Origin: Eledone cirrhosa
Taxonomy: Eukaryota
Length of the DNA: 64,000 nt
Reading direction: 5' to 3'
Assembly: GCA_964016885.1 (NCBI GenBank)
Contig: OZ024743.1
Location: forward strand, 367,908,001-367,972,000
Positions 23,790 through 37,786 of this stretch are shown one piece after another. The notes under the pieces are model-generated. The model was not told where the DNA came from, searched no databases, and was given only the letters and a program-made list of their open reading frames with translations. Position 1 is the stretch's first letter. Every line of letters starts with the position of its first letter. The position numbers and the translations under genes were made by a program.

Positions 23790-26560
23790 CTTATTCTTCG
23801 GCTAAGTTTACACTCGTAAAGATTCAGCATGCCTTCTCCAATCATCCTGGTTGGGCATGACATTTCCCAGTTCATCGATGTTATCAATGTTGGCATCTCT
23901 CAGCAGGGTATCAATGAATGAGATGTCCTGTCTTCCCATGCTTCTTCGTACGACTGCCGGTTTCCAGAGCACAAGTTGTGATGCTATCTCTTCTGGAGAT
24001 AGCATTGCCCAGCCAGTTTCATTTGTCTGCAGGCAACCTTTTTTTAGACTGGTGGTAGTGATCTGTATAGTTCTTTATTTGTCAGCTTCTGTTTCTAAGA
24101 AATGTTTGAGAGCCATTCTCAGCATCCTCCTGTAACATCCGTCAAGTCTCTTGCATAGCACTTTGTCAATAGTCCACGATTCACTGCCATAAAGCAGGAC
24201 GGATTCAACAGTTGCTAGGAAGAGGTGCTCCTTGATTTTGCGGTTTAGGTCGGACTTCCACACCTTCAGTAGCTTGTGGCATGCTGACCATGCTAATGCT
24301 TTTCTAACTTCAAAGTCCTTGCGTGAGCTGTGCATCCATGCACCAAGATACTTAAAGTTCTCAACTGTTTTGATAGTTGTACCACCCTTAGCAAGAACTG
24401 GAGCTGGATCAACCTGATTGTAGTGCATAATTTCAGTCTTCTTTGCATTGGGATGCAGTCCTATTTTGCCTGATTCAACCTTGACACGTGTGAGCAGTGC
24501 TTGAGCTTGGCCGATTTCCTCTGTGATCAAGACAATGTCATCGGCGAAGTCTTTGTCATTGACAACTTTTGGATGGTGACAACAGTTCCTCCTTTGATCC
24601 AATTTGAAACCCAACTCTTCTTCCCTCCCATGAATGGCCTGTCTCATTGCATAATCGAAGACAATTGCAAATAAGATGGGTGCAAGCATGTCGCCTTGGA
24701 GAACACTTACGAGGATCTCAAAGTAATCAGTGTTTCCGCCTAGTGTCAATACGTGAGCTTGAGTACCCTCGTATATCAGACTTATAGCTTGAACTATCTT
24801 TTCAGGCACATCATATGCTCTCAGATTCTGGAGCATTCGCCCTCGGTGGATGCTGTCGAATGCTTTTCAAAGGTCTACAAATGTCAAGACCGCCTTTAGC
24901 TTGTGTGATTGGACACCCTCGATTAATCTCCTCAATGCAAGAATATGGGCAATAGTCAACCTTCCTGGTCGGAAGCCATTCTGGTTCGAACATAGTTGTA
25001 GATTGATTTTTGGTCGAATTCTGTTTGTTTGACAGATTTCCTTCCAGTGATCTCGTTTATTAACGTCCAGCTTTCTCCATGCTTTGATTTCGCATCTGCA
25101 GATTCTACTTCAGCTATCAATTTATCAAATTCTTCCTCGGAAATAGTATCATATACCTTCTGCAGTGTACTCTTGCATCATTGAAGTTTCTGGTAATTGC
25201 GCTCTGTTGGATTCTCTGTGTATGCTCTAGAAGCCTTCCAAATTTTCTCTCTTGCATCGATGACTCGCGATGTTTGTTTCTTTTTATTCTTCTTTTTTCG
25301 TGTAAGAAGCTCTTTTGCTGCTTCATCACTTGCTTAAATCAGGTGAGCGCATATCTCTGTGATGGATTCGTTTTCCGTGCACAAGCTTGCATACTTGTTT
25401 CTAACAGTAACAGTATGAAGATCATTCAAATCAGGATCCCTTAGTGAAGCCCAATCATAGTTGACTCTGGTGGATAATGCTTTACTGGTTCTCAAGCTTA
25501 ATTTAAGCTTTGCTGTTGTAATACGGTGATCCGATCCCATGCTGCTGAAGGTGTTGTATGCTTCGCAGTTGTGCATGGAGTTTTTCCATTTTTTGTTGAT
25601 CATAATGTAGTCAACGTGAGATTTGGTGCCACTCATATATGATATGAAAGTCCAAAGCTTTCCTAGCTTTTTCTAAAATGAAGTAGTGGCGATGAAAAGT
25701 CCTTTTTCATCTACGAAATCACTCACTAGCTTCCCATTGTTGTTGCTTGATTCGAGAAATGTATATTTAACAACGTCTCTTCCAAGATGTGTGTTGCAGT
25801 CCCCCATCACAACCAACATATTGTGTTTCAGGACCTCCTTTGCTGCAGCTGCTAACTGATTGTAGTCTTCCTCAGATTCATTACTTCCCTCAACTGGCGA
25901 GTAATGGACAATAATGGTGAGTGTTGGATTACCACTGAAATTAGCAATGATGATTCTTTTGCTCCACACTTCCAAGTTGGATAGAGCACTTTCTACCATT
26001 CTGTTTTCCTGGCTGAGGATGTAATAATCATTCTATCTTCAACACGTTGGTACAATATATCCTCATCATGTACAATTTTGTGGTCCACAATACCCAGTAT
26101 TGGGAATGTATGAGTTCTGCAGTTGTTTGCTAACTTGTTGCGCTTGCTTTCTAGGCATAAAGTTCTTACAGTCATAGTTGCTACATTAGTATACTGTTTG
26201 CAACTCAAGTCTGCCCTTTGCTCTACTGCCATCCTGTACTAATTTTCCTTTCGGCTTTGGGAGACCACATTCATGAATCTGTGTAGACTTTGTAGTGCGG
26301 CGAGGACAAGAAGAATTAGGGCTGCCCCTAGGAGCATTGGATTTGGCATGCTTCATATTTGTTTCGGTTGCTGAATACAATCAGGGATCGCTGCTTCTCC
26401 TGAAGGTCAATAGTTCTCTTCTAACTCGAGTGGGAGTGCCTTTCCATTGTCAATTTGCATTGATCATCTGCAAAGCCGCATTGTTCTCAGAACCACTACA
26501 CCAGTCTTTCAATGAGTGCAGCTGGAACTACTGCCACCCATGGATTTGGCAGGATTTTTT
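23790..26560 (-). mobile_element. RTE-clade LINE (second family), near full length but decayed and internally deleted
   Basis: APE motifs (YSP, MGDCN, HVDYI, GSDH) at 25334-26232; RT motifs (VLQGD.LAP, DFADD, FKYLG, LLYGSESW) at 24075-24993. Confidence 0.9.
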
Positions 26561-26663
26561 TTTTTTATATATACACATATATACATATACATATTCACAT
26601 ACACACAAACAAACATAAAATCAATTCTACACACACCCACAGCCATACAGAATATACATATTT

Positions 26664-26863
26664 TTACACATTTTTGGATGGCTGTTGACTCTCATGAGGT
26701 CTTCCGCCCTTTGTTAGGTTTTCTTTTTTGTCCTGCAGGGTGTCCAGAATCACCCTCCTCACCAAGTAAACTTGGTGTGGTTGCCGGTTTAGTCGCCAAC
26801 GATCTGACCATGTGACAGGTTGTACTGGGTTACATGTTACCAGTAGCACTCAAGAGTGACCTG
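26664..26863 (-). repeat. Structured module X (RTE 5'-UTR-like)
   Basis: Homologous to 36657-36830(+) and 50042-50235(-). Confidence 0.75.
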
Positions 26864-28369
26864 ACAATTCAGTGAAACAGGTCTACAAACAATCACTTCA
26901 GTGGATCTTTTTGTTTTAACATCTTAAGGTAAGACATTTCTTAACAATGCAAAAAGGTGATATCAGTAATCACTGAACGTGTGTTTAGTGTAAATGTTTG
27001 TCATTTTAAAGTTGTAAACATTAGGTAATAGGTGTTATAGAGTGTTATATTCATAGATAGCAATTCTTTTCTCAGTAAATCTTGAAGAGATAAGCTAATT
27101 ACATTGAAATAGGTAATGGAATTTAATCAAAGAATTATTTTTCTCTTGAAAGACTTATGACTATGTGTGTGTGTGTATACATGTGCCAGTCACTACACAT
27201 ATCATATCAGCACCATTTATAAAAAACAGTGGTGACAAGTGTTTATGTCCCCCACAAACAATACATCCTGCAGTACACCAGTTTGATGAATGCCAGAAAT
27301 ATTTAACATAAGGTATGAGTTGGCATTAGGAAGAACATCCAGCCATAGAAAAACTGCCTCAATTGTCTCATCCAACTCATGCAAGCATGAAAAAGATGAA
27401 TGCAAAAATGACGATTGTGAAATATATCATCATCATCGTCATCAATTTATGTCAACTTTCTATGTTAACATGGGTTTAATGGGTTGTTATGATTTGGAAA
27501 AAAAAAAATGCCATACTTTAAAACATTCCATTTTCTGGCATAATTTCTCTGGTTTGATATCCTCTTCTAAGTATACTGGTTATATTTTAATATGGCACCA
27601 GCACTGGACATATTATCTTCAGCAGGACTAACTGGCTCCTCTTGACGCTATGTTGTCTCTGTTCAATTGCTGACTACATTACAGAGTATGTTAAGTATAT
27701 TTCATCATGGCTCCAATAGTCTTGCATCACACAAGAATAAAAAGTGCTCACTATTCAACACTGTCTTCATTCATTCAAAGCAATAGGATATATAGGGGAG
27801 AGAAAGCAATGAACTAGGAGCGAGGCAGAGTAGGTGTGAAGAGACTGGTAGAGGTGGGAGTGATGAGGGAAAGGCATAACTGGGAGTAATGGAAGATAGA
27901 CAGTAGTGACCATGAAAGAATAAGGTGGTATATGATGGAAGAAACAGAGTGTCAGTTGTAATATGTGTATGTTTGTTGATTATGACTAATAATAAAGATG
28001 GGCTAGAGAGAGTGAGAGAGAGAGAGAGAGAGGGAGAGAGAGAGAGAGAGAGAGAGAGTGTGAGTGTGTGTGTGTGTGATGGATGTCACAGTAAGGTTAT
28101 ATGGGGGGGGGGAAGAGGGACATGGTATGATAAGCTAGGTGGTAGGTCTGGATTGAAAATGGATAACAACCCTCATTATACTGGTGACATGACACAGCAA
28201 ATAAGAGTATGAATGAGTGATGGAGATTAGTAGCAGATATTTCGAAGGTTATCAAAATGGTGAAGGGCAACAGGTGGAAGCTTAAGAGAGACATATTTGG
28301 TGAGAGAGCCAAAATATAGATATAAATATACCTCTCAGCTTCCCACACTAACATCATTTTGATATTTGT

Positions 28370-28760
28370 TTCACCATGTTTGTACACGTGGGTGGGACTT
28401 TTCCAACATCATGTACCACTAATTGCCATCTCTTTCATGAAGTTCAGAATCCTGAAACTAGTCTTCATCAATTTCTCCAATGCCTTCCTGGGTCTTTCTC
28501 TTTCACAGGTTTTATCCACTTTGAATGCCATGCTTTACTTTATACAGCTGTCATTATCCATACACATCACATCAGCACAATGCTCTTTCTTGCAGATTTC
28601 AGCTAGTTTTTTCTTATTTCTAGTTTTCCTACTGGCTTATTTGTGCTTCATTGTTCATATACAATAACTAACATTATGCAACCAGTGAAGCATACCCACT
28701 ACATTTCTTTCTAGACTACATTCAAACCTCAAATTGTGCTGCTATGCTGCATCTCAATTT
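28370..28760 (-). mobile_element. RTE LINE 3' fragment, decayed
   Basis: Similar to 7665-8110 (minus strand reads GRPRK.. region). Confidence 0.5.
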
Positions 28761-28855
28761 GTACATGAGCCCCATACAATCTGCTATGTGTGCACACATA
28801 GCAGATTGTATATGTATCATCATCCTCATCATCCCTCTTTTTACGCCCATTTTTC

Positions 28856-28886
<31 letters not shown>

Positions 28887-31389
28887 ATGTGTTAGTTGTG
28901 TCAAAGACATTACAACCACCCTAATGCTGGTGTCATGATAAAATGCACTTGGTAGAGGACAGGATCATTTGTAGGCAAGCCCTCAGCTCACCTGACAGGT
29001 CTACTTGAGTACAGACTCGGTGTGTGAAAATCCATCCAGCCCTCGCTAGCAGGGAAAACGTGTTAAATGAAGATGGTATAATCTCCAGGATTGTTAAAGG
29101 TGGTACTTCAAGTTTCATCAGTTGGTTACATAAAAAGGATATGGATTCAAATGGATCTTCAAGTCATCCTGTATACACACATGTATATCTTACTTAAACT
29201 GCCATATGTGTGGCTTCTCTCTATGATGCACAATATAATGTAAGATGGATAATCAATGACTAGCCTACTGGATTATTGTGCTTGTTGCAGGGTTCCAAAA
29301 TACATAAAAAAACATAAATTGCTTTATATTAGATATGGCAAAAAGAAAGCATTCATATCATGGTAGTTTAGGAAAAGATCCTCTCAGAATCATAATATCC
29401 CTTTTGTCTTATAATGTAACCAATTAGTGAAACTCTGAGTAGCAAACTTTTTCAGTCATGGAGATTCATCATCATCATAATCATTTAACATCTATTATCC
29501 ATGCTTGCATGGATTAGACAGGTTGTCACATTCTGAAGCTAGACTAGTCAGATGGCTCATACATTCCAGTTTTGACTTGGTTTCTATAGCTGGATGCCCA
29601 TCGTAATGCCAACCACTTTACAGTGTATACTGGAGCATGGTTCCTATGGTTTGATTCTCTTCCTAACACTAACAACTAACAGCGTGTACTGGGAACATTT
29701 TATGATGACTCCAGTACCCTCACCTTAGAGGGGTGTTATGTTAAATAATATGATATGATATATTAGATAATATAACTTACTCCCCTTTGTATTAAACGTG
29801 GTTAATTTGGCAGAGTTAGTGCTGTCATATTTGTTCCAGCTTTCAGTGCACTAATTTAATTTTGTTTTATATTTTTCAGTTCAAGGCATTGTTTGGTTGG
29901 TGGAATTGTTAGTATGTCAGATGTGATGCTTTGCAATGCTTCTTTTAACTATTTGCTTTCTGATTTCACCTGTGTTGGCTTTGGAACCAAGCATCAGCTC
30001 TTACCCTTTCTTTAGCTTATATCAGTGGTGTTGAAAGGGAAGACTTGCATGCATTGGTGACTGCGAATCTTCCTGAAAAAAACCTTGCCCAGGTGCAGAT
30101 CCATTGTTTCATTATGCATTCTTATATAATTCATATCACACACACACACACGCACACACACACTCACACACATGTGTGTATCTGTTTGTTTGTATGTTTA
30201 TATGTGGATGGATATATATGTATATGTATATATTTAATGCTAGAATCACTGTAAACAGAATAGGAATATATTTATTAAATCCTTAATGAGGGGATATACC
30301 TTTAATATGTACTTAAGACCTTGGTAAACATTGTTATAATCATTTATTCAGTGGAGAATGCTTGTGGCAAGACATTTTAAAGAAGCCAAATATTTGATCA
30401 GAAGAGAATGGAACAAAGCTGATTTAATGGATTAGATTTAATGAAATTAGATTTAATGGATCTGCCAGCCTGTGTAAAAACAAATTGGTATCTATTGAAG
30501 AAATAATCTCCTACCTACTCCATTAATAATATATATAACTCCCATTTAGTGAAATTTTGAAGTAGTTAATTGAATGAAAATCGTTAGCAACATCCTGTTA
30601 AATATACTGATTTTGTTATTAATATTGAACTCTGTAGACAGTTTATCAATACAAGATATGAATTGGATTATTGTAAAACACACAGAAATATACACAGATA
30701 TGTTCAGATGATTTGCTTCACAGTCATTTTACAAATTATTGATTCAAGAAAGTTAGTAGTAAAATTTCAGCTTCGTTGGGTTGTAATTCAGCAATATAAA
30801 AACAATTGTCTTTATTTATTTTGAGATGAGGTGGAAATAAATGATATAGTTGTTTATGAATAATAGAAAAAAAAATTGCAAAATTAACCAAGACCCTAAT
30901 GTGTGGCTGTAGCAATGCATAATAGAGAACAAAAATATAGATAAAGCAAGGAGAATTCAATTATAGATAACATTACAAGGAGTATATTTTCATTTGTATC
31001 ACAGAAATATATTTTTCAACCAAATTATCCAATATCTAGCATTGATCAAATTTTCCATTTTTGATCAAATTAGTTAACTTTCCAGAAGACTTTCTGAGTA
31101 TCATTACATTTGAAATGTAGTTTAACAGACTGAAGGTTTGTCTGTATGAGTTGTCAATAAGATAGGATTCACTTTTATATTCAGCTTACAAGGTTCAATA
31201 TAAATGGTTATTTAATTTGAACTTGTTTTCAGAAATCCTAATTTTTTTAATTGTCAAAGTTACATTTCATTAATGTTATTGTATTATAAGGACTGCTAAA
31301 TAGTGGTATCAACAAAAAATATGGAGAGGCATTTAGTGATTGGTGATTGAATTAAATGACAAATCACAAGCAGCTTGGCAATTTAAAAG

Positions 31390-31590
31390 TGTATTAAAGA
31401 ATCTTTAACAAAGAATGAAATTACCCAATCACTTTGAATGAAAAAGACCCAACAATTTTTTAGGACTCCCTAAAATCTACAAGAACAAAACAACTAGCCT
31501 ATAAAAAAAAACTTCAACTTGCATAAACATGCAAAACCCTAACAATCTTAAGATCAATTGTAGCAGGCTCAAACCCCCTACAACAAAGAT
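31390..31590 (+). mobile_element. Penelope-like RT fragment, decayed
   Basis: FLGLPKIYK...NPNNL..RSIVAG, paralogous to FYGIPKVHK...LRPIIAG at 43880-44000. Confidence 0.55.
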
Positions 31591-31599
31591 ACTTTGAAC

Positions 31600-32350
31600 C
31601 AGGAGGGATTGCAATCTTAGAGTCAAAATCTGTTTGTGATCTGAGGATCGATATGAGCATATTAAGATGGCAGTAATACATAGTTGACTAACTGAATGGA
31701 TTCTGAGGTCATTGAGGACAAGAGATCTGGAAATCATACTGGTCCCATGGAGGACTTTCACCCTCAGGCACCTGGAATAATTCTCCCAGCAATAGTCATC
31801 CCACAGTATCAAATTAAATGCTGAAGTTTAAGCAATCCAATGATGCTACACCAAAAGGATCACCTCAATTAAAGGGATAAACTACTGGGAGAGGCTGAAC
31901 AAATTATTACTGCACACCCTGCAGCAGGGATGGTAAAGGTATGCAGTGATATACATATGGAAGATTCTAGGAGGGCTGGTGCCAAAATTTGGCATTTAGA
32001 GCTAAACCAATCCTTAAACAGGATGCCACTGTATAGTTATAAGGGTCCCACCCTTAGCATATACAATAAAGAGCAGATACTGCAATAGGTTGTGCTTCAA
32101 GAGTTCCCCTTATTTATTATGTTATGTTGTCAGAAATCCTGAGAGATGTACATGGAGTGGAAGTAGGTGTTTTCAAGAAACATCTTGACATTCTGTTGTC
32201 TAATGTCCCAAATTATCTTACAGTGCCAGCAAGAACCCAAAAGAGAGCAACAGCGTCAAACTCCCTCATTCATCAACGGCCAACCATGGGAGCATAGTGA
32301 TAGAAAGTATAGCAACAATGGCAGTACACCAGTATGGCCTACACCATAGT
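31600..32350 (+). mobile_element. CR1-group LINE 3' fragment, decayed
   Basis: Remnants such as YWERLNKL..LQ..ERY, paralogous to the C-terminus of 33522-35222. Confidence 0.6.
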
Positions 32351-32396
32351 AAAAGTGTATATATTTGAAATAGTAAAAACAGTATTTATGTATATC

Positions 32397-32550
32397 GGTG
32401 CAGGCATGGTTGTATAGCTATAAAGTTTGTTTTACAATCATGTAGTTCTGGGTTCTGTCCCACTAGATAGTACCTTGGGTAAATGTCTTCTACTACAGTC
32501 CCAATTTGATCATTGCCTTGTGAGTGAAATTGTGCAGCAGAAGTCCCTCA
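32397..32550 (+). mobile_element. tRNA-derived SINE (second family), degenerate
   Basis: GGTGCAGGCATGG head, GGTTCTGTCCC B-box-like motif, ACCTTGGGTAAATGTCTTCTAC core. Confidence 0.5.
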
Positions 32551-32557
32551 TATCATT

Positions 32558-32592
<35 letters not shown>

Positions 32593-32621
32593 TTAATGTC
32601 TGTTTTCCCTGCTAGTAAAAG

Positions 32622-32712
32622 TTGTATGTATGTATGTATGTATGTATGTATGTATGTATGTATATATATATATGTATGTATATATATATATATGTATATA
32701 TATATATGTATG

Positions 32713-32747
<35 letters not shown>

Positions 32748-32812
32748 GTATGTATATATGTATATATATATATATATGTATGTATATGTGTATATATATA
32801 TATATGTATGTA

Positions 32813-32855
<43 letters not shown>

Positions 32856-32968
32856 ATATGTATATATATGTATATATGTATGTATATATATATGTATGTA
32901 TATATGTATGTATATATATATGTATGTATATATATATGTATGTATATATATATATATATATGTATGTA

Positions 32969-33007
<39 letters not shown>

Positions 33008-33267
33008 ATATGTATATATATGTATATATGTATGTATATATGTATATATATGTATATATGTATGTATGTGTGTATGTATGTATATATGTATGTATATATA
33101 TATGTATGTATATATATATATATATATATGTATGTATATGTATATATGTATGTATATGTATATATATGTATGTATATGTATATATGTATGTATATGTGTA
33201 TATGTATGTATATGTGTATATGTATGTATATGTATATGTGTATGTATGTGTATATATGTATGTATGT

Positions 33268-33301
<34 letters not shown>

Positions 33302-33435
33302 GTATATATATATATATATGTATGTATGTGTATATATGTATGTATGTGTATATATGTATGTATATATATATATGTATGTATATATGTATGTATGTATATA
33401 TATGTATGTATGTATATATATATGTATGTATATAT
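32622..33435. repeat. Compound (TA)n/(TATG)n microsatellite, about 0.8 kb
   Basis: Directly visible; source of spurious YI/VC ORFs. Confidence 0.98.
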
Positions 33436-35316
33436 AACTTTGAATAACTTTGAAATGTTTTGGCCAGTATTGGCCCAGGCCATGTCTAACTTAATAGCAC
33501 CACCTGGCGAAGTCTTTCAATTCAGGATTTGGGCACCATGGCCCATTCGAGAAGAGAATTACTGTTTGCGGAGACATATCCGGGTGTGGGTGGTTTGTCC
33601 GGGATTACTTGGAGGAATTTGTCCAAAGACTTCTTGAATCTTGTGTGGTCAGTTTCTGTTTTGACGTGTCCTGGTGTGATGTTGAAGAGAGCAGGGCCGA
33701 TTGAGGTGAAATAATTGTGCCGTATTGTTGTTATGAGTTGCGATTTAGATTTTTGAATGGGACGGATAGCACGGGGCCCAAGCCTTGGGTGTATCTTGAA
33801 GGCGATGCCAACATCATTTGGGCAGTGATGATGGAACATTTTCCACATCATGCAGATAATATAACGCTCACGGCGACGTTGGAGTGAGTAAAGTTTCAGG
33901 TTTTCCAATCGACCCCAGTAGTCAAGGTCTGACATGCCATCTATCTTTTTCGTGATTGCCCTTTGAGGAGCTTCAAGTTTCATGATACTTTGTTTCGTGT
34001 GGGGAGACCACAGTGGACAACAGTATTCAAGGTGTGGTCGGGCGAAAGTAGAGAAGAGAAGGATAATGGTGCGGGAATCTCTCGACTGGAAGGTTCTGAG
34101 GATCCAGGAACACATTCTGCGGGCCATGTCAACTTTGCTGCTTATATGCGTGGTCCAGCTTATGTTGCTGTCCACGGTTACTCCCAAGTCTCTGATGTTG
34201 TTAGATGCCACGAGAGTTTCCCCGGAGGGAAGGGAGTACGGGAGTTTCAGAGCATCCTCTTTTCCAAAGTGGATCAGTTCGAATTTGTCTTCGTTCAGTA
34301 ACATGTTGTTCTTTTCTGCCCATTGGGTAACAGCCAGTAGGTCTGACTGAAGGCTTATCCGGTCATCCACGCCATTGATGACCTTTTGGAGCTTGGAATC
34401 ATCAGCGAAAATTTTAATGTTGCTGTGTTTGATGATGTCAGTGATGTCATTAATATAGATGATGAAGAGAAGTGGGCCCAACACAGTGCCTTGTGGGACT
34501 CCACTACTGACTTTGGCTGGGCTTGATTTGACTCCCTCAACTACAACATGTTGGGTTCTGTTTGACAGGAAGCTCTTGATCCACTGCAGCAGCTTTCCAG
34601 TGACACCAATATTGGACAGCTTTCTCAGTAGAATGTTATGATCAACCCTGTCAAAGGCCTTGCTGAAATCAAGGTAGATAACATCAGTGTTGGAACCCTC
34701 TCCCAAGGCTCTCAAAATGTCATCAAAGTGATGCAGTAGTTGCGTCAGGCAATCCCTTCCATTACGGAATCCATGCTGGTTGGAGTTCAGCATATTGTTA
34801 CTCTCAAGGAAGTGGGTCATTCGCGATCTCACCACTCGCTCAAATACCTTAATGATATGAGAGGTGAGTGAGATTGGACGGTAATTCACGGCAAGGGATT
34901 TGTTTCCCTTTTTGAAAACTGGGACAACAGACTGGGATAGAAGGTTTTCTGGCACATATCCAGCATCCAGTGAGTTCCGCCACAGATTGGCAAGAGGAGA
35001 AGCAAGTTGGTGTTGACACGCCTTCAAGACACAAGCAGGGAACCTATCGGGACCTACTGCTGAATTATGTTTGATTTCCTTTATTGCCGCCAAGACATCA
35101 GGGGCGCCAAACGTTATGTCCGATAAGGTGTAATGGGGAGTAACATCGCCGATACAGCCCAGATCGGCCATATCAGGATTGCTGAAAACAGAGCAGTATT
35201 GTTTCTGCAGTATCTCACCCATGGTTTTAGCATTGTCTTGAAGAGTGCCATTTTCATCAATTAGAGGGCCAACAGTAGAGCCAGTGATTTTGTGTTTTTT
35301 TGCAAATGAAAAGAAA
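33436..35316 (-). mobile_element. CR1-group LINE, 5'-truncated, RT half uninterrupted
   Basis: Open frame to the stop at 33522; short 3' UTR ending in (TTCAAAGTTA)x2; inserted in the microsatellite. Confidence 0.93.
33522..35222 (-). CDS. Reverse transcriptase (C-terminal part of LINE ORF2), 566 aa open
   Basis: [47 protein letters not shown]. Confidence 0.85.
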   Translation of the reverse strand: MGEILQKQYCSVFSNPDMADLGCIGDVTPHYTLSDITFGAPDVLAAIKEIKHNSAVGPDRFPACVLKACQHQLASPLANLWRNSLDAGYVPENLLSQSVVPVFKKGNKSLAVNYRPISLTSHIIKVFERVVRSRMTHFLESNNMLNSNQHGFRNGRDCLTQLLHHFDDILRALGEGSNTDVIYLDFSKAFDRVDHNILLRKLSNIGVTGKLLQWIKSFLSNRTQHVVVEGVKSSPAKVSSGVPQGTVLGPLLFIIYINDITDIIKHSNIKIFADDSKLQKVINGVDDRISLQSDLLAVTQWAEKNNMLLNEDKFELIHFGKEDALKLPYSLPSGETLVASNNIRDLGVTVDSNISWTTHISSKVDMARRMCSWILRTFQSRDSRTIILLFSTFARPHLEYCCPLWSPHTKQSIMKLEAPQRAITKKIDGMSDLDYWGRLENLKLYSLQRRRERYIICMMWKMFHHHCPNDVGIAFKIHPRLGPRAIRPIQKSKSQLITTIRHNYFTSIGPALFNITPGHVKTETDHTRFKKSLDKFLQVIPDKPPTPGYVSANSNSLLEWAMVPKS

Positions 35317-35333
35317 ATGTATATATGTATGTA

Positions 35334-35369
<36 letters not shown>

Positions 35370-35435
35370 TGTATGTATGTATATATATATGTATGTATAT
35401 ATATATATATGTATATATATATGTATGTATGTATA

Positions 35436-35471
<36 letters not shown>

Positions 35472-35721
35472 TATGTATATATGTATGTATATATATGTGT
35501 ATGTATATATATATATGTATGTATATATATATGTATGTATATATGTATGTACATATATATGTATGTATATATATATATATATGTTTGTATGTATATATAT
35601 ATATATATGTTTGTATGTATATATATATATATATGTTTGTATGTATATATATATATATATGTTTGTATGTATATATATATATATATGTTTGTATGTATAT
35701 ATATATATATATGTTTGTATG

Positions 35722-35759
<38 letters not shown>

Positions 35760-35797
35760 TGTTTGTATGTATATATATATATATGTATATATATATG

Positions 35798-35835
<38 letters not shown>

Positions 35836-35887
35836 TGTATGTATATATGTATGTATGTATATATATGTATGTATATATGTATGTATG

Positions 35888-35919
<32 letters not shown>

Positions 35920-36131
35920 TGTATGTATGTATGTATGTATGTATATATATATATGTATATATATATGTGCGTATATATATATGTATGTATATGTATATGT
36001 ATGTATATATATATATATGTATATATATATGTGCGTATATATATATGTATGTATATATATATGTATGTATATGTATATGTATGTATATATATATGTATGT
36101 ATATATATATGTATGTATGTATATATATATG

Positions 36132-36178
<47 letters not shown>

Positions 36179-36601
36179 GTATGTATATATGTATATATGT
36201 ATATATATATATATGTATGTATATATGTATGTGTATGTATATATGTATGTATATGTATGTATATATGTATGTATATGTATATATGTATGTATATGTATAT
36301 ATATATGTATGTATATATATATATATGTATGTGTATATATATATATATATGTATGTGTATATGTATATATATATGTATGTCTATATATATATATGTATGT
36401 GTATATATATATATGTATGTGTATGTATATGTATGTGTATGTGTATGTATGTATATATATATATGTATGTATGTATATATATATGTATGTATATATATAT
36501 ATGTATGTATGTATATATATATGTATATGTATGTGTATGTATATATATATGTATGTGTGTGTATATATGTATGTATGTGTATATATATATATATATGTAT
36601 G

Positions 36602-36632
<31 letters not shown>

Positions 36633-36656
36633 GTATGTATATATATATATATGTAT
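35317..36656. repeat. Compound (TA)n/(TATG)n microsatellite, about 1.3 kb
   Basis: Directly visible. Confidence 0.98.
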
Positions 36657-37225
36657 ACTGGTAACATGTATCCCAGTACAACCTGTCTCATGGTCGGGTC
36701 GTTGGCGACTAAACTGGCAACCCCACCAAGGTTTCTTGGTGAGGAGGGTGACTTTGGACATCCTGCAGGACTAAAAACAAGACCTGTCAAAGGGCAAAGG
36801 AGCTCTTAAGAGTCAATGGCCATCCAAAATCACCGGGAGAGATGACCCCTTAGCCTTTGTCAAGGCAGAATTCTAGGAGAAGGAAAACTCTGATGTAACA
36901 CCTGCAACTCTGATGGTATCCAATGATGTTGACTTGTTCTTCTTTTTGGTAAATATCATCTTGGTTAAGAGAGTGGGACTGGCTTTGTGCAGTGCCTTTG
37001 CTCACTATAAAAGCTTCACGGCACAGGCATTGCTTTATATCTGGAAATCTCTCTGCACTTGTCGTCACAGGGTAACATGGGCCCAGCACTATGTGTCAAT
37101 ATTTGTCACAAGTGTAGTGTTTGTACCAGAGTTTTCAAGTCGCTGGCTGGACTAAAAGGTCACACTCGTTCAGCGCATCGGTAAGGGTTCTCCTATATGG
37201 ATATAAAGTAGTGGCCGTACTCGAA
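36657..37225 (+). mobile_element. Composite RTE-derived non-autonomous element (module X + module Y)
   Basis: X at 36657-36830; Y at 36832-37225 ends in a C2H2-coding remnant and GGCCGTACTCGAAAACGAGTTGGCAGCCACCAT followed by (GTAT)n. Confidence 0.65.
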
Positions 37226-37301
37226 AACGAGTTGGCAGCCACCATGTATGTATGTATGTATGTATGTATGTATGTATGTATGTATGTATGTATGTATGTA
37301 T

Positions 37302-37713
37302 TCCGGGAGAGATGATCTCTTAGCCTTTGTCAAGGCAGAATTCTAGGAGAAGGAAAACTCTGATATAACACCTGCAACCCTGATGATATCCAATGATGTT
37401 GACTCGTTCTTCTTTATGGTAAATATCATCTTGGTTAAGAGAGTGGGACTGGCTTTGTGCATTGCCTTTGCTCACTATAAAAGCTTCACGGCACAGGCAT
37501 TGCTTTATATCTGGAGATCTCTCTGCACTTGTCGTCACATGGTACCATGGGCCCTGCACTGTGTCAATAATTGTCATAAGTGTAGTGTTTGTACCAGAGT
37601 TTTCAAGTCGCTGGCTGGACTTAAAAGTCACACTCGTTCAGCGCATCGGTAGGGGTTCTCCTACATGGATATAAAGTAGTGGCCGTACTCGAAAACGAGT
37701 TGGCAGCCACCAT
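37302..37713 (+). mobile_element. Module Y tandem copy
   Basis: Near-identical to 36832-37225; encodes CSVCTRVFKSLAGLKSHTRSAH; followed by (GTAT)n. Confidence 0.75.
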
Positions 37714-37786
37714 GTATGTATGTATGTATGTATGTATGTATGTATGTATGTATGTATGTATGTATGTATGTATGTATGTATATGTA

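Noticed and set aside
32524-33637. Long ORFs rich in Y/I/M/V/C or H/T
   Set aside because: Translations of the TA/TATG microsatellite, which lacks stop codons in most frames.
35245-36809. ORFs of 450-509 aa on both strands
   Set aside because: Same microsatellite artefact.
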